DNA of 64,000 nucleotides from Giardia intestinalis (Eukaryota): NCBI GenBank assembly GCA_000002435.2, contig CM018793.1; one strand, 5' to 3'. Shown piece by piece: positions 58,501 to 64,000 of this stretch (position 1 is its first letter; each line of letters starts with the position of its first letter). The notes under the pieces were generated by a model. It saw only the letters and a program-made list of their open reading frames with translations, ran no database searches and was not told where the DNA came from. The position numbers and the translations under genes were made by a program.

Positions 58501-58573
58501 TCTTGAACAGGCCGTTAGCTGTCTTACAAGCAGTGCACAGTCCTCCCTCAGCCTTTGTGCATATCTCACTCCA
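55502..58573 (-). CDS. VSP unit K: long-type VSP-like cassette, ~1023 codons
   Basis: The N-terminal ~60 aa match unit A (VANCATCTAPSGSPGAATCDTCRDGYYKNAQTCEKCDQSCLTCETTETQCTSCKGNTFLK). A divergent middle follows (TDTNTCVEAGQCTGNKYPDPSTGKCTACNAQEVGIDGC...). The C-terminal ~490 aa, from CVTCSVGDCKSC onward, are the shared long-type module. It ends [22 protein letters not shown] followed by TGA. Confidence 0.85.
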   Translation of the reverse strand, partial: WSEICTKAEGGLCTACKTANGLFKNPVTPQKPGSECILCHDVNGADGYTGVANCATCTAPSGSPGAATCDTCRDGYYKNAQTCEKCDQSCLTCETTETQCTSCKGNTFLKTDTNTCVEAGQCTGNKYPDPSTGKCTACNAQEVGIDGCDTCEYDTTLQKPKCLTCTGKIVKEEADGTTTCIAEGACTQNGNDGPNFLTEPNKKCILCSNNVDSTPGNTGVLGCSTCSKANSGTNPQCKTCLDGYYNSANSGSGTATCTVCGENCATCTQAGNNQCTKCKPGFFMKGSGPTGECLPCDNAQEGIDGCAECTGPAGSLKCTKCKPNRKPVGTSDNYTCTEKTCEDETACGGTSGACNAIVIDTDGNTKHYCSYCGDSSQAPIDGLCATDKKGNTACTSHTCPSCAANYFLYMNGCYSVSAQPGNYMCKKADNNGICTEAANNKYFIVPGASNQNQSVLACGNPLGTLVDTKAYVGVEGCSQCTAPVALTEAGMAAATCTSCDSDKKPNKGGSGCVTCSVGDCKSCVVDNICGECVDGFYFKAGDAPSCVSAEACTNEEGFFIDATEKKCTACADDNCAVCVAKEQQKCSLCKTSGTKKYLKKDGESTTGTCVDTAGCPATHYVDEEAKECNTCVSAGTTDCTTCEKGANGVVCKTCTTDTKTIFGLNRKSCVASCPANSTPKATGQDSQVCECNEGLQPNTESTECQPISNCNTEHCLECTSEGADKEVCTKCLSEYYLTPTSQCVSDCTTLKGYYGNDTDRKCKKCNDACVECKGEGADKCTACPAGRMLQYTDADTPANGGTCMNQCSVSSTNDGCAECGAQIGGTAYCSKCKNTQQAPLDGNCAANTRTRFCTTVSNGACTQCENNYFLKDGGCYQTDRQPGKQVCTTVQGGKCTKCASGLTADNGDCSNKRCHLSCETCTAANDANACATCSTGYYKPQSAGTKCNPCSEGLAGCRQCTVSSTGAFMCFVMGDGTGDNTGGSVNKSGLSTGAIAGISVAVVVVVGGLVGFLCWWFVCRGKA

Positions 58574-58624
58574 CTATCATACTATCACCCTCTATCACAC
58601 ATTGTACAGCATTCACTACCCAAG
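58574..58624 (-). repeat. Inter-cassette spacer K|L
   Basis: Same family. Confidence 0.75.
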
Positions 58625-60483
58625 TCACGCCTTCCCCCTGCACACGAACCACCAGCAGAGGAAGCCCACGAGGCCCCCCACGACAGCGATGACAGCCACG
58701 GAGATCCCTGCTATGGCACCAGTACTGAGGCCGCTTCTGTTGCCCCCGCTGGGCTTGGTGGACACGCACGCCTCACCCTCCAGCCTGTAGTCGTCCCCGC
58801 ACTGGCCGCACTTGTTCTCCTCGCTGCACCTGACGCACCCGTCGATATTGCAGGCGATGCACTTCGTTCCGTCTGTGTTCGGCCTCTGGTCTTTACTGGT
58901 ACAGGCCTCGCACTTATCGCCTGCTCCACAGTGCGAGCATCCGTCAACGGTACATGCGAAGCACCCGCTCCCAGCCAGGTTGGGCTTGTTGTTGTTGGTA
59001 CACGCTGTACACACAGCAGCAGTCATACCAGTCTCAGATGGAGCTGCTGGGGCCGTACATGCCGAACAGCCATCTACCCCCACATATGCCTTAGAGGTAT
59101 CACCAGTGCCTACTAGTGTGCCAAGGGAGTTGCTACATGCCAATACAGACTGATTCTGATTGGTTGCCCCAGGGACTATGAAGTACCTATTGTTGGCATT
59201 AACAGCAGTACAGACACCGTTGGCTGCTGTCTTGCACATATGTTGTCCAGGTACTGTATCAACCTTGTAACAACCTCCCATATACAAGAAGTAGTTGTTA
59301 GTGCATTGTGTACATACACCTTGATCACATTGATTATTTGCTTTAGCACTATTACACTTCCCATCTATAGGATACGTATTAGCTTCTCCACAGTATGAGC
59401 AATAATGATGCTCTACACCCTTATCATCAATCACTATTGCATCGCAGGCACCAGAAGTTCCTCCACAGGCAGTATCATCTTCACAGATCTTGGTGCATGT
59501 GACAGAGCCAGTACTGCCCTCCTTGCGATAGTTAGGCTTACAGTCAGTGCACTTGAAAGCACCGTTGTTAGAGCAGACACTGCAGCCTTCGCGACCCTTA
59601 TCGTCTACGCTATCGCATGGGACGCACTTCTTCCCCTGTTGATCTGTAGTAGTTACTAAGAAGTATCCAGTCTTGCAGGTTTCACACTTATTTGGATCAC
59701 CAGCAACAGAGCATGTGGCACAGTTATCACCACACTTGTCTGTACATGTACTAGTACCACTATCAAAGAAGTATCCATCGAGACAGGCTGAGCAGGTTGG
59801 ATTGTCACTTCCTGTTTTCGTACATGTCTTGCAGTTGGCCTTTCCTTCGTTACCAAGAGTTGAATCTGTCACATCACTACAAAGAGCACACGTTTTGTCC
59901 TCCTTCATAAATAAGGCCTCGTCAGCGCCCTCGCATCCTTCAAGCGTCTTCGCCACGCAGGTCGATGTCCCGTCGAGGGCCGTCCTGGGGGTCTTATTGG
60001 TCCCGCAGTTAGTGCACTTCGGCTTCCCCGTGGCCTTGTCGAAGGAGCATGCCGTGCACTCTGCGTGTATCGTACTACATGCCTTGCATGTTCCCGACTC
60101 CGGGTCAGCATAAGTGTTTCCATCGCATCCAGTATCTTGTACACATTGATTACTCTTCAGGTACTTCCCCTCTGGGCACGATGTACAATGATTCTGACCA
60201 CTTCCATCGCAGGTCAGACAAGCTTCATTACATTTGACACATGTCTGAGAGTTCTTGTAGTATCCATCTTGGCACTCTGTACACGTGGCAGTCCTGGACT
60301 ACTGTCTGACTTGGTACACTGTGCGCAGTTAGCCACCCCTGTATATCCATCTGCCCCATTGACATCATGACAGAGGATGCACTCACTACCAGGCTTCTGA
60401 GGTGTAACTGGGTTCTTGAACAGGCCGTTACTGTCTTACAAGCAGTGCACACTCCTCCTGGCCTTTGTGCATATCACACTCCA
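58625..60483 (-). pseudogene. VSP unit L: B/C-like short-type cassette with frameshifts
   Basis: The 3' 443 codons are intact (track ORF 58625..59956, CRGKA tail). The 5' part is out of frame. Around 60287 it has acacgtggcagtcctggact where units B and C have ..ggcaggtcc.., a G lost from a GG run. Around 60421-60460 there are further indels in the conserved 5' block. Its sequence mixes B-specific ([18 protein letters not shown]) and C-specific (APAAPSETG) variants. Confidence 0.75.
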
Positions 60484-60553
60484 CATCACACTATCTCACA
60501 CTATCACCCTCTATCACACACTATCACCCATTGTACAGCATTCACTACCCAAG
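60484..60553 (-). repeat. Inter-cassette spacer L|M (expanded heptamer tract)
   Basis: Plus strand ccacatcacactatctcacactatcaccctctatcacacactatcacccattgtacagcattcactacccaagtca. It has more heptamer copies than most spacers. Confidence 0.75.
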
Positions 60554-62380
60554 TCACGCCTTCCCCCTGCACACGAACCACCAGCAGAGGAAGCCCACGA
60601 GGCCCCCCACGACAGCGATGACAGCCACGGAGATCCCTGCTATGGCACCAGTACTGAGGCCGCTTCTGTTGCCCCCGCTGGGCTTGGTGGACACGCACGC
60701 CTCACCCTCCAGCCTGTAGTCGTCCCCACACTGGCCGCACTTGTTCTCCTCGCTGCACCTGACGCACCCGTCGATATTGCAGGCGATGCACTTCGTTCCG
60801 TCTGTGTTCGGCCTCTGGTCTTTACTGGTACAGGCCTCGCACTTATCGCCTGCTCCACAGTGCGAGCATCCACTAACGGTACATGGAAGCACCCGCTCCC
60901 AGCCAGGTTGGGCTTGTTGTTGTTGGTACACGCTGTGCACGTGGCGGCAGTCATGCCACCATCAGATGGAGCTGCTGGGGCTGTACACTGTGAACAGTTG
61001 AGTACCCCCACTATGCCTTAGCAGTATCACCAGTGCCTACTAGTGTGCCTAGGGGGTTCTCGCAGGCCAGGACAGACTGATCAGTATTGGATGCCCCCGG
61101 GACCAGGAAGTACCGGCCGTTCTCGCTGGGGGCGGTGCACCTCCCTCCCTCGGCAGTCTTGCACATGTGGCTGCCAGGAGCCTTCGACACATCATAGCAG
61201 CCGCCCATGTACAGGAAGAACCCGGCAGCACACCGGGTGCAGACGCCATTGGCACAGGTGTTGTCACCCTTAGTTCCTGTGCAGATCCCATCGATGGGGA
61301 ACGTGGCGGGGTCTCCGCACAGCGAGCAGTACTGGGAGAACGCCCCGGCGCTGTCAACGACGACCGCCCCGCAGGCCCCAGACGTCCCCCCGCAGGCCGT
61401 GGGGTCCTCGCAGGCCTTTGTGCACTTCACCGGATTGGTTCCCTCCTTGCGATAGTTGGACTTGCAATCGGTGCATGTAGGGGTTAGGCCGCTGTTACAT
61501 TGGGAGCACCCCTCGATGCCATTGTCGGCTTTACTGTCGCAGGCGAAGCACTTACCAGCAGAGCCGGGTTGTTTCATGAAGAATCCAGGCTTGCATTTAG
61601 TGCACTGATCATTGCCAGCAGCAGAGCATGTAGCACAGTTGGCACCGCAAGCTGTGCATGTATCAGAACCAAAGTATCCGTCGAGGCAAGCTGAGCAGGT
61701 CGGCTTGGCTCCGTTCTTCTTACACGTTTTACAATTAGCAATCCCCTTGTCGTTTGCTTCTGTTCCTGTTGTTGTATCACTGCATAATATGCACTGGTGC
61801 TATCATCACTCAGAAAGTGGGATCCGTCGACGTTATCTGTTGCGCACCCAGCATCATCGACGCAAGTGGTTGTCCCATCCAGCTCTGTCTTCACCTTCTT
61901 ATTGTTACAGGCGGTGCACTGGGGCTTGCTGACAGTCGTGTTGTACTCACACGCGGTGCAATCTGCTATACCAGACTCCTTGCATGTCATTGTCATAGGG
62001 TCAGCATAAGTGTTTCCAGTGCATCCATCACTATTCACGCATGCATTATCCTTCAGGAACGTATTTCCCTTACAAGAGGTACACTGGGTCGCCGATGTCT
62101 CACAGGTCAGACAAGTACCATCACATTTGGTACATGCCTGAGAGTCCATGTAGTACCCATCTTGACACTCGGTGCACGTGGCCGCTCCTGTATTGCCACC
62201 AGGTGCCGTGCACTTGAGACAGTTGGCCACTCCCTTGTTCTCATTCGCTCCTGTGGCATCATGACAGAGGATGCACTCCCCACCAGGGGTCACCTTGTCT
62301 GCCCCATTCTGGAATATGTACTGACTATCTGTATTACAAGCAGTGCACAGTCCTCTCAGCCTTGTGCATATCTCACTCCA
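60554..62380 (-). pseudogene. VSP unit M: degenerate mosaic VSP-like cassette with multiple frameshifts
   Basis: The track shows four consecutive minus-strand ORF fragments: 61574..62293 (E/F-like N-terminus), 61011..61577 (J-like middle), 60640..61011 and 60554..60940 (B/C/J-type tail with CRGKA). Lesions include acatggaagcaccc where paralogues have acatgggaagcaccc, a deletion at ~61010 (cccccactatgcc vs cccccacgtatgcc), and changes in the conserved 5' block (agccttgtgcatatc). Confidence 0.7.
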
Positions 62381-62429
62381 CTATCATACTATCACCCTAT
62401 CACACATTGTACAGCATTCACTACCTAAG
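62381..62429 (-). repeat. Inter-cassette spacer M|N
   Basis: Same family. Confidence 0.75.
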
Positions 62430-64000
62430 TCACGCCTTCCCCCTGCACACGAACCACCACAAGAAGCCCACGAGGCCCCCCACGACAGCGATGACAGCCA
62501 CGGAGATCCCTGCTATGGCACCAGTACTGAGGCCGCTCTTGTTGACGCTTCCGCCGGTGTTGTCGCCAGTGCCGTCGCCCATCACGAAGCACATGAACGC
62601 ACCGGTGGATGACACCGTGCACTGCCTGCACCCAGCGAGCCCCTCAGAGCACGGATTACACTTTGTCCCAGCACTCTGCGGTTTGTAATATCCAGTGCTG
62701 CATGTAGCACAGGCGTTAGCGTCGTTAGCAGCCGTGCATGTCTCGCAGCTAAGATGGCACCTTTTATTGGAACAATCGCCATTATCAGCCGTTAGACCAC
62801 TGGCACATTTTGTACATTTTCCTCCCTGCACTGTAGTACACACTTGCTTGCCAGGCTGTCTATCTGTCTGATAGCAACCGCCATCTTTGAGGAAGTAGTT
62901 ATTTTCACATTGAGTGCATGCTCCATTACTCACCGTAGTGCAAAATCGTGTTCGCGTATTGGCCGCACAGTTGCCATCCAGTGGTGCCTGTTGAGTGTTC
63001 TTGCACTTTGAGCAGTATGCAGTTCCTCCTATCTGAGCCCCACACTCTGCGCATCCATCGTTTGTAGAACTCACGCTGCACTGGTTCATGCACGTGCCCC
63101 CATTGGCAGGAGTATCAGCATCTGTATACTGAAGCATCCTCCCAGCAGGACAAGCCGTACACTTATCAGCGCCCTCACCCTTGCACTCTACGCACGCATC
63201 GTTGCACTTCTTGCACTTTCTGTCAGTGTCATTTCCGTAGTAGCCCTTGAGGGTCGTGCAGTCAGATACGCATTGACTGGTTGGGGTGAGGTAGTACTCA
63301 GACAGACACTTTGTACAGACCTCCTTATCGGCACCTTCACTGGTGCACTCCAAACAGTGCTCTGTGTTACAGTTACTGATTGGTTGGCATTCAGTCGATT
63401 CAGTATTAGGTTGGAGTCCTTCGTTGCACTCGCACACTTGGCTATCCTGTCCGGTGGCCTTGGGGGTAGAGTTAGCAGGGCAACTAGCAACGCACGACTT
63501 TCTGTTGAGACCAAAGATGGTCTTCGTATCAGTCGTACACGTCTTACAAACCACTCCGTTGGCGCCTTTCTCACAAGTGGTGCAGTCAGTTGTTCCAGCC
63601 GACACACATGTATTGCACTCCTTTGCTTCTTCATCAACGTAGTGGGTTGCCGGACAACCAGCTGTGTCAACGCACGTGCCGGTTGTGGACTCGCCATCCT
63701 TCTTCAGGTACTTCTTGGTCCCAGACGTTTTACACAGGCTGCACTTCTGTTGCTCCTTGGCCACGCACACAGCGCAATTATCATCTGCACACGCGGTGCA
63801 CTTCTTCTCGGTAGCGTCGATGAAGAAGCCCTCCTCATTAGTACACGCCTCTGCGCTAACACAGCTGGGTGCATCGCCAGCTTTAAAGTAGAATCCATCA
63901 ACACACTCCCCACATATATTGTCCACCACACAGCTCTTGCAATCACCCACAGAGCATGTCACACACCCACTACCACCCTTGTTGGGCTTCTTACCACTGT
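62430..64000 (-). CDS. VSP unit N: long-type VSP-like cassette, 3' part only (5' end beyond window)
   Basis: Same shared long-type 3' module as A, D, F, K. It ends ..[18 protein letters not shown] 3-nt net deletion (ccaccacaagaagccc vs ccaccagcagaggaagccc) removes the Cys of FLCWWF in frame. Confidence 0.8.
   Translation of the reverse strand, partial: SGKKPNKGGSGCVTCSVGDCKSCVVDNICGECVDGFYFKAGDAPSCVSAEACTNEEGFFIDATEKKCTACADDNCAVCVAKEQQKCSLCKTSGTKKYLKKDGESTTGTCVDTAGCPATHYVDEEAKECNTCVSAGTTDCTTCEKGANGVVCKTCTTDTKTIFGLNRKSCVASCPANSTPKATGQDSQVCECNEGLQPNTESTECQPISNCNTEHCLECTSEGADKEVCTKCLSEYYLTPTSQCVSDCTTLKGYYGNDTDRKCKKCNDACVECKGEGADKCTACPAGRMLQYTDADTPANGGTCMNQCSVSSTNDGCAECGAQIGGTAYCSKCKNTQQAPLDGNCAANTRTRFCTTVSNGACTQCENNYFLKDGGCYQTDRQPGKQVCTTVQGGKCTKCASGLTADNGDCSNKRCHLSCETCTAANDANACATCSTGYYKPQSAGTKCNPCSEGLAGCRQCTVSSTGAFMCFVMGDGTGDNTGGSVNKSGLSTGAIAGISVAVIAVVGGLVGFLWWFVCRGKA

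Larger units (their letters stand above)
31868..64000 (-). repeat. Head-to-tail tandem array of at least 14 VSP cassettes (units A-N), all on the minus strand, continuing beyond the window end
   Basis: Unit order: A(long) B C(short) D(long) E(short) F(long) G H(short) I(long, pseudo) J(short) K(long) L(short, pseudo) M(short, pseudo) N(long). Spacers are only 50-72 bp. Every unit ends with the same ~120-bp 3' block (TM helix, CRGKA, TGA, AGTGAAT). Long blocks appear 100% identical between units. For example, the track's 169-aa antisense ORF recurs identically at 32629, 39584, 44514, 51247, 56263 and 63188. Confidence 0.9.

Noticed and set aside
60554-62293. Track ORFs 60554..60940, 60640..61011, 61011..61577 and 61574..62293 as separate small cysteine-rich genes
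   Set aside because: They are fragments of one frameshifted cassette (unit M).
31868-64000. Dozens of plus-strand ORFs of 60-368 aa (e.g. 51008..52102, 58010..59116, 45733..46590, 39669..40439) and out-of-frame minus-strand ORFs inside the cassette array
   Set aside because: They are antisense or alternative-frame to the CXXC-rich VSP frame and recur identically only because the units are repeated. VSP codon usage (rich in TGC/ACN/GGN, poor in TTA/CTA/TCA) suppresses stops on the opposite strand. No independent coding signal.
31868-64000. 'M' start residues of VSP ORFs in the track (MANCATC, MICTKAS, MTPGG, MAKTLEG, MTCSVGD)
   Set aside because: The underlying codons are GTG, or other non-ATG starts accepted by the ORF finder. 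The frames stay open further upstream to the spacer stops, so they are not translation starts.
31868-64000. CRISPR array, prokaryotic mobile elements or rRNA/tRNA genes
   Set aside because: The sequence is eukaryotic (Giardia). The repeat units are 1.7-3 kb protein-coding cassettes, not 25-40 bp direct repeats with unique spacers. No tRNA cloverleaf or rRNA-like segments were recognised.

Overview
This window appears to be Giardia intestinalis nuclear DNA (diplomonad protist). It is compact and intronless, with AT-rich initiator sequences abutting the ATGs and the Giardia-type poly(A) signal AGT(A/G)AA(C/T) a few nt after stop codons. Positions 1-31.4 kb carry 'core' genes on both strands. 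These are the 3' end of a ribosomal stalk P-protein-like CDS and two ankyrin-repeat plus coiled-coil proteins of the Giardia 'Protein 21.1' type. There is also a 650-aa hypothetical, a 1712-aa HEAT/TOG-like protein, a ~1068-aa protein with a HAT/TPR-like helical C-terminus, and a 4893-aa giant ORF. Convergent genes overlap at their stop codons. From 31.87 kb to the end of the window (>32 kb) the minus strand is filled by a head-to-tail array of at least 14 variant-specific surface protein (VSP) units. Each has CXXC-rich ectodomain repeats, a GGCY motif, a transmembrane helix and a ...CRGKA cytoplasmic tail. The units are separated only by 50-72 bp spacers. Every unit begins, directly after in-frame stops, at ...W-S-(E/V)-I-C-T-K-A..., with no ATG and no signal peptide. 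They therefore look like promoterless, 5'-truncated cassettes rather than expressible VSP genes. Each unit still keeps its stop codon and an AGTGAAT poly(A) signal. The spacers carry TAGTGA plus GTGATAG heptamers that place stops in all three frames. The units are mosaics of long blocks shared with neighbours. Three units (I, L, M) carry 1-nt homopolymer frameshifts. This ATG-less, mosaic cassette array is the most notable system in the window. Coordinates in the array may be off by +/-1 relative to the ORF track.
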